The position numbers and the translations under genes were made by a program. A DNA stretch of 64,000 nt from Rickettsiales bacterium (GTDB lineage: Bacteria > Pseudomonadota > Alphaproteobacteria > Methylaequorales > Methylaequoraceae): the NCBI GenBank assembly GCA_002689325.1, contig NZFP01000003.1, positions 13,217 through 77,216 of the forward strand, read 5' to 3'. Of the stretch, positions 25,398 to 36,261 are shown one piece after another (position 1 is the first letter of the stretch; each line of letters begins with the position of its first letter). The notes beneath the pieces are model-generated. The model did no database searches, was not told the DNA's origin, and saw nothing but the letters and a program-made list of their open reading frames with translations.

Positions 25398-27526
25398 TAT
25401 TTCATCTTTACAAAAAGTTTAATTCGTACCAATGCTCCTCCTAGTAATTCACTATCTAAAAGTTCAATATGACCATTATGATCTTCAACAATTTTTTTAC
25501 ATATAGCTAAACCTAGTCCTGTTCCATTAGTTTTTTTTGTCATGTAAGGCTCAAAAAAGTTATCTCTATTATTATCATCAAAACCTACTCCATTATCCTC
25601 AACATCAATAATTACAAACTTTCCTTTTTTATTTAAATTAACTAATACTTCTTTTTTGTTTTTTGTTGAGGCCTCAACAGAATTTTTTAAAATATTCATT
25701 AACAATCTACTAATCTGATCATAATCACAAAGTATTTCTATTTTTTTTTTATTAGATAAAAATTTAAAATTCACATCATTGTTGGCTATTTTTTGAGCAT
25801 CAATTTGAGTTTCAATTAATTTATTTAATTTTATTAACTCTAAATTAGCCTCAGGCATTCTTGCAAAATTTGAAAATTCAGAAACTAACTTTTCAATATT
25901 ACTTACTTGTCTAATTATTGTCTCAGTACAATTTTTTAAAGATGATGAGTTATTCTGTTTTTTTTCTTTTATAGAATGACTTATCCTTTGCGCTGATAAT
26001 TTAATTGGTGTGAGCGGGTTTTTAATTTCGTGAGCCATATATCTAGCAACGTTAGACCATGCTGCACTCTTTTGTGCAGAGATAAGTTCAGTTATATCAC
26101 TTATACTAAGTATCATTCCTCTAAATTGTTTTTTTTCAAAAACTTTGGAGAGTTTAATGTTTAATATCTTTATTTTTTTCTCTGAGATATATTTAAGCTG
26201 AATTTCATTTAAGAATGTTTCATCCTCTTTAAAATTTCTGATAAATTGAGAAATTTGTAAATTTTTTTTTTGAAAGTTTTCTTTAAAATTTTTTCCAAAT
26301 ATTTCTTGGGATTTTTTATTATATAGTAATATTTTTTCATTAGTGTCCAAGTATATGATACCATTACTAACTTCATTAATAATTTTCTCTGTAAACTTTC
26401 TCCTTAAATTTATAGTTTCTTTTGCTTTGATTAATTTATTTTTTTGAACGGCAAGAGTATCAAGAATTTGATTAAGTAATTTTGATAAAAAATTAAATTC
26501 ATTTTTTCCTTCAATAATGTTTATTCTATATTTAAAATTATTACTAATAATTTTTTGTGAATCAAGAATAATGCTTACAATTGGGTTAAGAATTTTATTA
26601 GAAAAACTTAATCCAAACCAAGTTGATAAAAGTATCATAAGAAAATTTATAGCAAGAAAAAGTTTATTAAACTGAAATTGAAAATTATTTAGTCTTTGGG
26701 TAATATTTACATACTCATCAGCAGTCTTATTTACAGACTCAACTCTACTTAAAACATTAGCATCGACATCTTTACCTATATAAAGATATGTTGGTATCGC
26801 TCGTTGAAGTTTTGTTAATGCTCTAACCTTAGTTTGATCTGAATTTGGAAATATTGCAATTTCACCATCATCAGCAATGAGAAATGTCCATAGAGGTGGC
26901 CTATTTTCAGACTCAACTAAAAAGCTGCCAACTTTAGCTAACAATTGTCCAGAACTTTCAAAAATTACAGCTTCATCTAAATTTCTAACTTCCGCAAAAT
27001 AACTTAAATACTCTGTAATTTTTATTTTATCACTAAAGTAAAAGACTTTATCCGTTGCAAATTCGTCATTGATAAAAATAATATCATTTTTAATATTTTT
27101 TTTATGTTCATTAAAGTATGACTCAGAAATTTGTTTTGATTCGTAAATAACTTTTTCTAGTTTTTCATTGAACCAAATTTTAACTCCTTGATCAAAAAAA
27201 ATAAGTGAAAACAATGTTATCAAGGTAGTTGGTATGAAACTTATTATTATAAACAGTGATGTAAATTGAACTCTAAATTTAGATTTAAATTGCTTTTCCT
27301 TAAAAATTTTATAAATTTTATTCAAAGAAATTAAAATCAAACTAATAATAAAGATATAATTAACAAAAATTAAATTTGAAATTTCCTCTACTTGCTCTAA
27401 ATTAGAAAAATTCCCAGATAGTGACAAAAAAATTATTAAACTTAATGATAAAGAAGCAAGAAAAATGAATAAAAATAGAAAATTTTCAAAACTTAAACCA
27501 ATTTTTTTTTTGAGACTTAATAACAT
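25397..27526 (-). CDS. ntrY: NtrY-type membrane sensor histidine kinase
   Basis: N-terminal TM segments, HAMP/PAS region, H-box MAHEIKNPLTPI, and ATPase GTGLGLAICKKIVEDHNG. Confidence 0.85.
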   Translation of the reverse strand: MLLSLKKKIGLSFENFLFLFIFLASLSLSLIIFLSLSGNFSNLEQVEEISNLIFVNYIFIISLILISLNKIYKIFKEKQFKSKFRVQFTSLFIIISFIPTTLITLFSLIFFDQGVKIWFNEKLEKVIYESKQISESYFNEHKKNIKNDIIFINDEFATDKVFYFSDKIKITEYLSYFAEVRNLDEAVIFESSGQLLAKVGSFLVESENRPPLWTFLIADDGEIAIFPNSDQTKVRALTKLQRAIPTYLYIGKDVDANVLSRVESVNKTADEYVNITQRLNNFQFQFNKLFLAINFLMILLSTWFGLSFSNKILNPIVSIILDSQKIISNNFKYRINIIEGKNEFNFLSKLLNQILDTLAVQKNKLIKAKETINLRRKFTEKIINEVSNGIIYLDTNEKILLYNKKSQEIFGKNFKENFQKKNLQISQFIRNFKEDETFLNEIQLKYISEKKIKILNIKLSKVFEKKQFRGMILSISDITELISAQKSAAWSNVARYMAHEIKNPLTPIKLSAQRISHSIKEKKQNNSSSLKNCTETIIRQVSNIEKLVSEFSNFARMPEANLELIKLNKLIETQIDAQKIANNDVNFKFLSNKKKIEILCDYDQISRLLMNILKNSVEASTKNKKEVLVNLNKKGKFVIIDVEDNGVGFDDNNRDNFFEPYMTKKTNGTGLGLAICKKIVEDHNGHIELLDSELLGGALVRIKLFVKMK

Positions 27527-28965
27527 TATTTCTTGTTAAATTTAGTGAGTATTTTATATTTTTGAATCTTAGATCTAAGAGTATTTCTATTTATACCCAA
27601 AAGTTTAGAGGATTTAATTTGGTTTCCAGAATAGTATTTGAGTGTCTTAAATATTAGTTGTTTTTCTATTTGTGATATAAATTTTTCAAACAATTGAATT
27701 TCTGTTTCATTTTCTAAAGTTTCAAATAATTTATCTAAGAATTCTTGTATAAAAACATTTAAGGTGCTGTATGAATTAACATTGTAGTTTTCTAAATTTA
27801 AATTTTTTTCTGAAATATAATTATTTTCCTTGTCTAAAAATTCTGACAAAATTTCATCAGTAATTATTTTTTCTGTTGCAAGAGCACATACTCTTTTTAA
27901 TAAATTCTCAAGTTCTCTTATATTACCTGGCCAACTATAATTTTTTAATAATTCTAGTGCACTAATATCAAACGATTTTTTATTATCAGAGAACTTTACT
28001 AAAAAGTTCTTTGCAATATCTACTATATCATTTTCCCTATCTCTTAACGGAGGCAAATCAATATTTATTACGTTAAGCCTATAGTATAAATCCTGTCGGA
28101 ATAAATTTTGATCTATAGAATTAAGTAAATTTTTATTAGTAGCTGAAACAATTCTGACATCTGTCTTTATTACCTCTCTACCACCTACTCTTGAAAACTC
28201 TCCAAACTGAAGTACTCTTAACAATCTAGCTTGAATATCAATTGGCATATCTCCAATTTCATCTAAAAAAAGAGTTCCTCCATTAGCTTTTTCAAAAAGA
28301 CCTAAAGTTCTTTTTTCGGCTCCTGTGAATGCACCTTTTTCGTATCCAAAAAGTTCGCTTTCAATCAAGTTTTCAGGTAATGAGGCCATATTTATAGGAA
28401 TAAAAGGTGAGTGCGAGCGAGGACTATAGTCGTGTATGACTTTTGCCACAAGCTCCTTTCCGGAACCTGACTCACCCGTAATTAAAACAGTATAGTTTGT
28501 TTTTGTTATCTTAGCTATGTTTTTAAAAACACCTTGCATAACTGATGATGTTCCAATTATTGGAAGTTTTTCATCAATTATGAATTGCTGATTTTGAATT
28601 GTCTGACTTTTCAAACATCTATCTACAGTAATAATAAGGTCATTTAAATCCAAAGGCTTCGGTAAATAGTCAACTACGTCAAGTTGATTAGCTTTGATAG
28701 CCGTTAGCAGGTTGTTTTTTGCACTAATTATTATGAAAGACTGAGAACTTTTTTTTAACTTAACTTTTTTAACTAGCTCCAAGCCGTCTCCATCGGGCAA
28801 GACAACATCACATATAATTAAATCAAATTCATTCTTCTCAATGTCAACCCATGCTTGAGAAATTGTTGAAACACCTTTAACATTAGTCTTGGAGTTTTTT
28901 AAAGCTTTTTCCATGACTCTTCTTAAAGAAAAGTCATCATCAATAATTAAAATATTTTTATTCAT
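27526..28965 (-). CDS. ntrC: NtrC, sigma-54-dependent response regulator
   Basis: Receiver ILIIDDDFSL...DLIICDVVLPDGDG. Intact GESGSGKE, ELFGYEKGAFTGA and LFLDEIGDMP. C-terminal HTH. Confidence 0.9.
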   Translation of the reverse strand: MNKNILIIDDDFSLRRVMEKALKNSKTNVKGVSTISQAWVDIEKNEFDLIICDVVLPDGDGLELVKKVKLKKSSQSFIIISAKNNLLTAIKANQLDVVDYLPKPLDLNDLIITVDRCLKSQTIQNQQFIIDEKLPIIGTSSVMQGVFKNIAKITKTNYTVLITGESGSGKELVAKVIHDYSPRSHSPFIPINMASLPENLIESELFGYEKGAFTGAEKRTLGLFEKANGGTLFLDEIGDMPIDIQARLLRVLQFGEFSRVGGREVIKTDVRIVSATNKNLLNSIDQNLFRQDLYYRLNVINIDLPPLRDRENDIVDIAKNFLVKFSDNKKSFDISALELLKNYSWPGNIRELENLLKRVCALATEKIITDEILSEFLDKENNYISEKNLNLENYNVNSYSTLNVFIQEFLDKLFETLENETEIQLFEKFISQIEKQLIFKTLKYYSGNQIKSSKLLGINRNTLRSKIQKYKILTKFNKK

Positions 28966-28974
28966 ATTATAATA

Positions 28975-30027
28975 CTACAAAGGTAATTTTATTCTAAATG
29001 ATGTAAGATTATCTATACAGCTGACTGATATTCTTCCGTCATGAAGATTAATTATTCTTTTTACCAAATACAAACCTATTCCTGAACCTCTTTTTTTTGT
29101 TGAGAAAAAAGGTAAAAAAATTTTACTTAATTCACTTTTTTTTATTCCTGAACCATTATCCTCAATTCTAACTAATAAGTAATTTTTTTTTTGACTTTCT
29201 CTAATATTAGGTATCTTGATAGTTTCACCATAAACAAATTTTGTTGACAGTTTTATAAATGAATTTTTGGTATAACTTGATGCTTCACAAGCATTGTTTA
29301 GTAAATTTTCAAAAGCTTGTATTAATAAGCTTTTATCAATTAATATTTTTGGTAGTGAAGGATCAAATTCTTCAGATATTTTAATTTGGTTCTTTTGATT
29401 CTTAATTTTAAATAAACTATATCTTAAAATTTCGTGAATATTTTCTAGGCTTTTATTTTTAAGCACAAGTTTACTTGATATTTGAGAAATAGAATTAATC
29501 ACTTTATTAATCCTATTGCATTCATTATTTACTATTCCTATCAGTTCTGAATCATAAACTTTTGATTTTTCTAATAGTTGTGAAGCAATTTTTATAGAAC
29601 TTAGCGGATTTGTAATTTCATGAACGAAAATAGAAAAAAAATGCTCATATGCACTATAATCATCTAGTAAATCATCTGTAATTGCCTCGGTTTCCTTTTT
29701 TACCATAATCAACATATTTTTATTTTTTCTTTCCGTTACTATACAAATAACTGAAAATTTTATGTTCTTTCTTATTATTGCCTCTCTAAGAAAGTAAATA
29801 CCTGATTTTTTTGAAATTTCATTTAAATTACTGAGAAAAAATAAATCATCATTTAACAACTCATTTAAGTAAGTGTTTTTAATAACTGAGAAACTTTTTT
29901 TTACGAAGTTTTGAAATTCTTGATTTACATAGTAAATTTCAAATGATTTTTTGTTAACTATCGCCAGTGGATCAGGGATTAAATCAAAAAAATCTCTGAA
30001 GTAACCATAGTCATTTTCATTTTTCAT
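28975..30027 (-). CDS. ntrB: NtrB-type sensor histidine kinase
   Basis: PAS-like N-terminus, H-box HEITNPLSSIKIASQLL, and GSGIGLYLVKRIINLHDG. Confidence 0.85.
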   Translation of the reverse strand: MKNENDYGYFRDFFDLIPDPLAIVNKKSFEIYYVNQEFQNFVKKSFSVIKNTYLNELLNDDLFFLSNLNEISKKSGIYFLREAIIRKNIKFSVICIVTERKNKNMLIMVKKETEAITDDLLDDYSAYEHFFSIFVHEITNPLSSIKIASQLLEKSKVYDSELIGIVNNECNRINKVINSISQISSKLVLKNKSLENIHEILRYSLFKIKNQKNQIKISEEFDPSLPKILIDKSLLIQAFENLLNNACEASSYTKNSFIKLSTKFVYGETIKIPNIRESQKKNYLLVRIEDNGSGIKKSELSKIFLPFFSTKKRGSGIGLYLVKRIINLHDGRISVSCIDNLTSFRIKLPL

Positions 30028-30032
30028 TTTGA

Positions 30033-30980
30033 TTAAAAAAAATCTTTTATTAATGATTTAAGTTGGTATTTATCTAGGCAATTATTAATTTTACACCTAA
30101 ATTCGTTCGAATTCTCCAATGATTTAGAATACCAACCAAGGTGTTTTCTAAAAGATTTAATTCCTACTTCTTCCCCATAATGGTCCAAAGAATTTGAAAA
30201 ATGCTCCAAGATTATATCTTTTTTATAGGAATTCAAAAACTTATAATTCTTATTTGTTGACAAATTTTCTGATATCTCTTTAAAAATCCACGGTCTTCCA
30301 TAAGATCCTCGACCAATCATAACTCCATCTGCACATGATAAACTTTGAGCTTTTTTAAACTCCAATATATTTGTAATATCACCATTCACTATAACAGGAA
30401 CTTTCACAGCTTTTTTTACATTTTTAATAAATTTCCAGTCTGATTTCCCTTTGAACATTTGGCATCTAGTTCTTCCATGAATAGTTATCAATTTAATCCC
30501 TGCCAATTCAGCCATAACTGCAAGCTTTACGGCATTTAAACTTTTCTCGTCCCAACCTTTTCTCATTTTTAATGTTACTGGAGTATTAACAGAATTAACA
30601 ACAGACTCAATTATTGATATAGCTAAAAGTTCATCCTTCATAAGAGCTGAACCTGCATATCCATTTACAACTTTTTTCACTGGGCAGCCCATATTTATAT
30701 CAATAATATCAGCTCCAAAATCTTCACACATTTTTGCTGCTTCTCCCATTACTTTTGGATCACATCCAGCAATTTGAATAGCATAAAGATAATTAGAATC
30801 TTTCTTGATCATTTTAAGTGTTTTACGATTCTTTTCAATTAAAGCTCTACTGGCTATCATTTCTGAAAAAACTAAACCAGGACCAAATTTTTTAACTATT
30901 TCTCTATATGGATAATCAGAAATACCTGACATTGGGGCTAAAAAGACTGAATTTTTTAATTTTAACTTACCTATATTCAT
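30033..30980 (-). CDS. dusB: tRNA-dihydrouridine synthase B
   Basis: LAPMSGISDYPYREIVKKFGPGLVFSEMI, DINMGCPVKKV and TIHGRTR. Confidence 0.92.
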   Translation of the reverse strand: MNIGKLKLKNSVFLAPMSGISDYPYREIVKKFGPGLVFSEMIASRALIEKNRKTLKMIKKDSNYLYAIQIAGCDPKVMGEAAKMCEDFGADIIDINMGCPVKKVVNGYAGSALMKDELLAISIIESVVNSVNTPVTLKMRKGWDEKSLNAVKLAVMAELAGIKLITIHGRTRCQMFKGKSDWKFIKNVKKAVKVPVIVNGDITNILEFKKAQSLSCADGVMIGRGSYGRPWIFKEISENLSTNKNYKFLNSYKKDIILEHFSNSLDHYGEEVGIKSFRKHLGWYSKSLENSNEFRCKINNCLDKYQLKSLIKDFF

Positions 30981-30983
30981 AAA

Positions 30984-31790
30984 CTAACCTGTAATCTTAA
31001 TACCAAAATATGCGAGGTTTATAAATACATATGATAATAAAATTAGTTTAAAGGTAGCTGTATTAGAAATACCTCTTATTTTTTTGTATATAAAAAAAAA
31101 TATTATTAATGCCAAACTTGTAATACTTAAAATTACTTTATTATTAAAAAAATAATCAAAATTACTGTATTCAAAAAAATGATAATAAAACCCACTAAAC
31201 AAAGATAACGTCAAAAAAAGCATTGTAAAAAATAAAAACTTAATGGAAATATTCTCACTTTCGTAGATTGAAGGTAACAAGTTCAGTAATATATTATTAA
31301 ATCGAACTTGTTTTAATATTTTACTCTTTAAAAAAACACAAACAGAACTAATTGCACTAATTGTTAACATTGAATATGAAAATAATGAACTAAATATGTG
31401 AATCAATAAAGAAGTATCATCAAAAAGGGAATGTTGTATTTCTTGACCGTCCATACTCAAAGAAATCAAGAACCTAAATAATAATAATATTAAAAAAAAA
31501 GGTAAGAATAATAATCTTAATCTAACATACTGTGAGGAAAATATTGATATCAAAAAATGTGAGAAGAAAAAAACAAGAAGTAATAATGTAGTGACTAAAC
31601 TTAAAACAGAAACAGGGTTTAAAATAATAAAATTATAGTATATTACATTAATAAAAATAATAAAAAGTAGATTAGTTAGATATATTATTTTATTTATTTT
31701 GCTGTTGCTCTCTATGTTTAAAAAGTTTGTAACAAAATATACAAAAAAACTCATTAATGATAAGAATTCAATATAAAAATTTATATTCAT
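30984..31790 (-). CDS. Polytopic inner-membrane protein, cytochrome c assembly family (YpjD/COG4137-like)
   Basis: About 8 hydrophobic segments. IHIFSSLFSYSMLTISAISSVCVFLKSKILKQ...LLPSIYESE resembles the YpjD/CcsA-family core. I saw no Trp-rich heme motif. Confidence 0.5.
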   Translation of the reverse strand: MNINFYIEFLSLMSFFVYFVTNFLNIESNSKINKIIYLTNLLFIIFINVIYYNFIILNPVSVLSLVTTLLLLVFFFSHFLISIFSSQYVRLRLLFLPFFLILLLFRFLISLSMDGQEIQHSLFDDTSLLIHIFSSLFSYSMLTISAISSVCVFLKSKILKQVRFNNILLNLLPSIYESENISIKFLFFTMLFLTLSLFSGFYYHFFEYSNFDYFFNNKVILSITSLALIIFFFIYKKIRGISNTATFKLILLSYVFINLAYFGIKITG

Positions 31791-31809
31791 TTTTTCTCAA
31801 GGTTTAAAA

Positions 31810-32967
31810 GTGAAAGTTATAGCATTAATTGTAAGTGGTGGTGAAGGAAAAAGATTTGATAAATACTTGCCTAAACAATTTTTCAAGATTAATAGTAAAT
31901 CAATATTAGAACAATGCGTTAAAAAATTTGTAGATTCTAGTTTATTTTATAAAATTGTTGTTGTCTGTAATAACGAATTTATTAGTGAATCAAAAAAAGT
32001 TTTAGATAAATATAATGTCTCTTTTGTTAATGGAGGAAAGAGTAGACAAGAATCCGTTTATAACGGATTAAAATCAATAAAAAAAGATTCTCCCAGTAAA
32101 GTGTTGATTCATGATGCAGTCAGACCCTTTTTTTCAACAAATCTAGTAAATGAAATAATTAAAAAATTAAAAACTAATGATTCTGTAATACCAAGTCTAA
32201 AAATCTTTGACTCAATAAGATTGTTTAAAAAAAGAGAATATAAAAACCTGAATAGGGAAAGTATTAAACTAATTCAAACTCCACAAGGTTTTGATTTTAA
32301 AAAAATTTATGATGCACACAAACGATTTAAAAAAGAGATTTACACAGATGACTCTTTGCTTTTTTATAATAATGGAAATAAAATTAAAATCATTTCAGGT
32401 GAGATAATGAACATTAAAGTAACAGAAAAAAAAGAGTTTCAAGAATTAAAAAAATTTTATGAAAAAAAAAATAATGACATAAATTTTAGAATTGGAAATG
32501 GATTTGACGTTCATAAATTTAGGAAAGGAGGTAAACTCAAACTACTTGGAGTTAATTTACCTTTTAATAAAAGTTTGATTGGACACTCAGATGCAGATGT
32601 TGGAATTCATGCTTTAGTTGATGCAATTCTTGGTGCTATATCACAAGGAGATATAGGTGAACACTTTCCACCAACTGACGAAAAATGGAAAAATAAAAAT
32701 TCAGAATTTTTTTTAGATTACACAAAAAATTTGATGGAAAAAAATGGGTTTTCAATAAACAACATTGACATTACACTTATTTGCGAAAGACCAAAAATTT
32801 CAAAGCACAAAGAAAAAATGAAAGTGAAAATATCCAAAATTTTAAATATAAAAAAAAATAACGTGAACATTAAAGCTACTACTACAGAAAAATTGGGTTT
32901 TTTAGGAAGAGAAGAAGGAATTGCATGTCAGGTTTCAGTTTTAGTTTTTAAAAAAAATGAACACTAA
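31810..32967 (+). CDS. ispDF: Bifunctional IspD/IspF (MEP cytidylyltransferase / MEcPP synthase)
   Basis: GTG start. IspD motif ALIVSGGEGKRF. IspF motifs IGNGFDVHKF and GHSDADVGIHAL. Confidence 0.92.
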   Translation: MKVIALIVSGGEGKRFDKYLPKQFFKINSKSILEQCVKKFVDSSLFYKIVVVCNNEFISESKKVLDKYNVSFVNGGKSRQESVYNGLKSIKKDSPSKVLIHDAVRPFFSTNLVNEIIKKLKTNDSVIPSLKIFDSIRLFKKREYKNLNRESIKLIQTPQGFDFKKIYDAHKRFKKEIYTDDSLLFYNNGNKIKIISGEIMNIKVTEKKEFQELKKFYEKKNNDINFRIGNGFDVHKFRKGGKLKLLGVNLPFNKSLIGHSDADVGIHALVDAILGAISQGDIGEHFPPTDEKWKNKNSEFFLDYTKNLMEKNGFSINNIDITLICERPKISKHKEKMKVKISKILNIKKNNVNIKATTTEKLGFLGREEGIACQVSVLVFKKNEH

Positions 32968-33406
32968 AAAAATTTCTTATCTTTTTTCCTCTAGTTTTGG
33001 GATTGGTAATTCAAAAATTTTTCCAGGAACAGTTGCTTCATTATTAACGTTACCTATTGTCTGGTTTATTAGAGATTTTTTTTCATTAAACTTTTTTTTA
33101 ATAACTTTACTTATTTATTCAATAACATCATTTATTTTTATTAAAGTATGCATTAAAAATCTCTCTGACAAAGATCCTAAATTCATTGTTGCAGATGAGC
33201 ATATTGGGCAATCAATATCATTGATTTTCTGTGAACAACAAATTCTTGATTACCTAGTTTCTTTTTGCCTATTCAGATTTTTTGATATTGTAAAACCTTT
33301 CCCTATAAACCTAGTTGATAGACATTTAAAAAATACAGTAGGAGTTATCTTAGATGATGTTTTAGCTGGTATATTTGTTTGTGTCATAATTGCCTATGTT
33401 TTCTAA
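32957..33406 (+). CDS. pgpA: Phosphatidylglycerophosphatase A
   Basis: FPGTVASLLTLPIVW, DEHIGQ and FDIVKPFPI. Confidence 0.85.
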   Translation: MNTKKISYLFSSSFGIGNSKIFPGTVASLLTLPIVWFIRDFFSLNFFLITLLIYSITSFIFIKVCIKNLSDKDPKFIVADEHIGQSISLIFCEQQILDYLVSFCLFRFFDIVKPFPINLVDRHLKNTVGVILDDVLAGIFVCVIIAYVF

Positions 33407-33875
33407 TAAAAACAAATCAGAATTTATTAAAAAACTAAAAAAGAAAAAAATAAAGCTTTATATTGCTGAATCAATTACTGGTGGAAAATTTACTTCTGAA
33501 TTAGTTGAAATTGAAGGAGCATCAAAATTTTTGGATTACTCAATAGTAACTTACAGTAATAAATCAAAAATAAGTTTTTTAGGAATTGAAAATGTTATCA
33601 AAAAACATGGTGTTGTAAGTTCTGAAGTTGCCACTCAAATGGCAGAAAAAATAAGTTATAAATCAACCTTCAAAAACAAATTATCAATTGCTTGTACTGG
33701 TTTTGCGTCCAAAACAATTCATTCGAAAAAAAATCAACAAGGAATTGTTTTTATTGCAATAAATTATAAAAAAAAAAACACTGTAATAAAAAAAGTTTTT
33801 AAAAAAAAAAAAAGACAAGATATAATTAATTTAACTGTTAAAGCAATGTTCGAACAAGGAAACTCAATCATCTAA
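33390..33875 (+). CDS. pncC: CinA C-terminal domain protein / nicotinamide-nucleotide amidohydrolase
   Basis: LYIAESITGGKFTSELVEIEGASKFLDYSIVTYSNKSKISFLGI. Confidence 0.7.
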   Translation: MPMFSNKNKSEFIKKLKKKKIKLYIAESITGGKFTSELVEIEGASKFLDYSIVTYSNKSKISFLGIENVIKKHGVVSSEVATQMAEKISYKSTFKNKLSIACTGFASKTIHSKKNQQGIVFIAINYKKKNTVIKKVFKKKKRQDIINLTVKAMFEQGNSII

Positions 33876-34151
33876 ATTATAAAATATTACTTTTTCTGAT
33901 TTATGTTTAAAAAACAGTTTTTCTTTGATTATCAGCTCTCTAAATTCTTTTTTATTCTCAAAATCATCTATTTTTTCAAGTAATTCCTTTTTCTTATTTT
34001 TATTATTTGCCAGTAAAAGGCTCATATTTTTAATGGTTTGAATATTATCAAAAAATACAAAAATATTCTTTTTGTTTAATATAAAAAAAAGAATTAAAAA
34101 AATTATAGAAAAAAAAATAAAGATTTTATTTCTTTTACTTTTTTGAATCAT
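33864..34151 (-). CDS. ftsB: Septum formation initiator FtsB/DivIC-like protein
   Basis: 95 aa with one TM segment (IFIFFSIIFLILFFIL) plus a short coiled coil. It sits in the conserved position downstream of eno. Confidence 0.55.
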   Translation of the reverse strand: MIQKSKRNKIFIFFSIIFLILFFILNKKNIFVFFDNIQTIKNMSLLLANNKNKKKELLEKIDDFENKKEFRELIIKEKLFFKHKSEKVIFYNLDD

Positions 34152-35427
34152 TTAAAAATTTTTTGATTGGTTCTTTTCCTGAAAATCTTATTGATTTATT
34201 TCTATCTTCAATTCTTATCAATTGATTGTATTTTGCGACTCTTTCTGACCTTGAGAGAGAACCAGTTTTTATTTGGCCAGCATCTATTCCAACTGAAAGG
34301 TCTGATATAAAAGTATCTTCAGTTTCACCAGAACGATGAGAAATTATTGTTGAAAAATTATTTTTTTTTGCAAGGGTTACAGTATCTACTGTCTCTGAAA
34401 GTGTTCCAATTTGGTTTAATTTTACAAGAATTGAGTTTCCACAAAAATTGTTTATACCTTTTTTTAATCTATCAACAGAGGTAACAAATAAATCATCACC
34501 AACTAACTGACATTTACTTCCAATTTTCTTTGATAATTCAGACCAACCAGTCCAATCATCTTCATGCAAACCATCCTCAATTGATATTATTGGATATTTA
34601 CTTATTAGTTCTTGATAATATTCTATCAATTGATTTGTGGTAAGTGATTTAGATTCACCTTTAAGAATATATTTTTCTTTTTCAAAAAATTCTGATGATG
34701 CTATATCTAGAGCAATAAAAACATCCTCACCTGGTTTATAGCTAGATATTTCTATTGCTTTAATGATGTAATCTAAACACTCTTTGTTAGACTTAAATTC
34801 TGGTGCAAATCCACCTTCATCTCCCACTGAAATCGAAAAATTATCTTTGGATAATAACTTTTTTAAGGAGTTAAATATTTCGCACCCAGCTCTTAAAGCT
34901 TCCTTAAATGTTTCAAAACCACAAGGGATAATCATAAATTCTTGAAAATCTAAACTATTATTAGCATGACAACCACCGTTCACTATATTCATCATAGGCG
35001 TAGGTAAACTATTGTTGATACCACCAATATAACTAAACAATGAAACGTTATGGAATTTAGCTGCAGCACGAGCAGTAGCAAGAGATACTGCAAGCATAGA
35101 GTTTGCCCCTAGCCTTGATTTATTTTTTGTACCATCAAGTTCAATTAATATATTATCTATGGTTTTTTGTTCTCTAACATCTATCCCCTTTATAGTTTCT
35201 CTTATTTCAGTATTTATGAAATTAATTGACTTAAGAACACCTTTTGAAAAAAATCTTTTTTTATCATTATCTCTTAATTCATGTGCCTCGAAAGATCCAG
35301 TTGAAGCACCCGAAGGCACTGATGCTAATTCTGCTATTGAATTGTTTAGTGTAATCTCAACCTCTACTGTTGGGACCCCCCTACTATCAATAATTTCTCT
35401 TCCAAAAACATTCGTAATAATAGACAT
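34135..35427 (-). CDS. eno: Enolase
   Basis: GREIIDSRGVPTVEVE, SHRSGETED and IKTGSLSRSERVAKYNQL. Confidence 0.97.
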   Translation of the reverse strand: MSIITNVFGREIIDSRGVPTVEVEITLNNSIAELASVPSGASTGSFEAHELRDNDKKRFFSKGVLKSINFINTEIRETIKGIDVREQKTIDNILIELDGTKNKSRLGANSMLAVSLATARAAAKFHNVSLFSYIGGINNSLPTPMMNIVNGGCHANNSLDFQEFMIIPCGFETFKEALRAGCEIFNSLKKLLSKDNFSISVGDEGGFAPEFKSNKECLDYIIKAIEISSYKPGEDVFIALDIASSEFFEKEKYILKGESKSLTTNQLIEYYQELISKYPIISIEDGLHEDDWTGWSELSKKIGSKCQLVGDDLFVTSVDRLKKGINNFCGNSILVKLNQIGTLSETVDTVTLAKKNNFSTIISHRSGETEDTFISDLSVGIDAGQIKTGSLSRSERVAKYNQLIRIEDRNKSIRFSGKEPIKKFLNDSKK

Positions 35428-35429
35428 AA

Positions 35430-36260
35430 TTAAATTAATTCATTTTTTGATAAATTATCATAAAGTTTAATTGAATGTATAAGTTTTCCTAATTTTTTTA
35501 AAGGAACCATGTTAGGTCCATCAGAGGGAGCTTTTTTAGGGTCGTCATGTGTTTCCATAAAAATACCGGATATTGCTGCAGTCACTGCTGCTTTAGCTAA
35601 AACACTAACAAATTTTGATTGACCGTCAGAGGAATTTCCTTTTCCCCCTGGTAATTGAACTGAATGTGTCGCATCAAAAATAATTGGTAATTTAGTTTTT
35701 TTCATTATTACCAATGATCTCATATCTGATACTAAATTATTATAACCGAATGAGGTGCCTCTTTCAGTTAATAAAATTTTTTTATTTCCAGTTGAAAGTA
35801 TTTTATTTGCTACATTTTCCATATCCCATGGTGAAAGAAACTGTCCTTTTTTTACATTAATTGTAAGGTTTGATTTTCCTGCCTCAGTTAATAAGTCAGT
35901 TTGCCTACATAGAAATGCAGGAATTTGTATTATATCAATATACTCTTTTACTTTTTCAATTTGTCTAGCATCATGAACGTCAGTTGTAACTGCACAACCA
36001 AACTTCTCGCCAACCTCTGCTAAAATATCTAATCCTTTTTTTAATCCAACTCCTCTCTTGCTCTTATGACTAGTTCTATTTGCCTTATCGAAAGAACTTT
36101 TATAAACATATTTAAAGTCTAATTTTTTTGATAAAATATCTATTTCTGAACAAATATCAAATGCATGAGACCTACTTTCAATTTGACAAGGACCAAGTAT
36201 AAATTTTATTTCCTCTGAATTGGAAAAAAAAAGGTCATTTTTTATTTTTACCTTTCTCAT
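35430..36260 (-). CDS. kdsA: 3-deoxy-8-phosphooctulonate (KDO8P) synthase
   Basis: GPCQIES, FKSSFDKANRTS, IFDATHSVQLPGG and FMETHDDP. Confidence 0.95.
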   Translation of the reverse strand: MRKVKIKNDLFFSNSEEIKFILGPCQIESRSHAFDICSEIDILSKKLDFKYVYKSSFDKANRTSHKSKRGVGLKKGLDILAEVGEKFGCAVTTDVHDARQIEKVKEYIDIIQIPAFLCRQTDLLTEAGKSNLTINVKKGQFLSPWDMENVANKILSTGNKKILLTERGTSFGYNNLVSDMRSLVIMKKTKLPIIFDATHSVQLPGGKGNSSDGQSKFVSVLAKAAVTAAISGIFMETHDDPKKAPSDGPNMVPLKKLGKLIHSIKLYDNLSKNELI

Positions 36261-36261
36261 T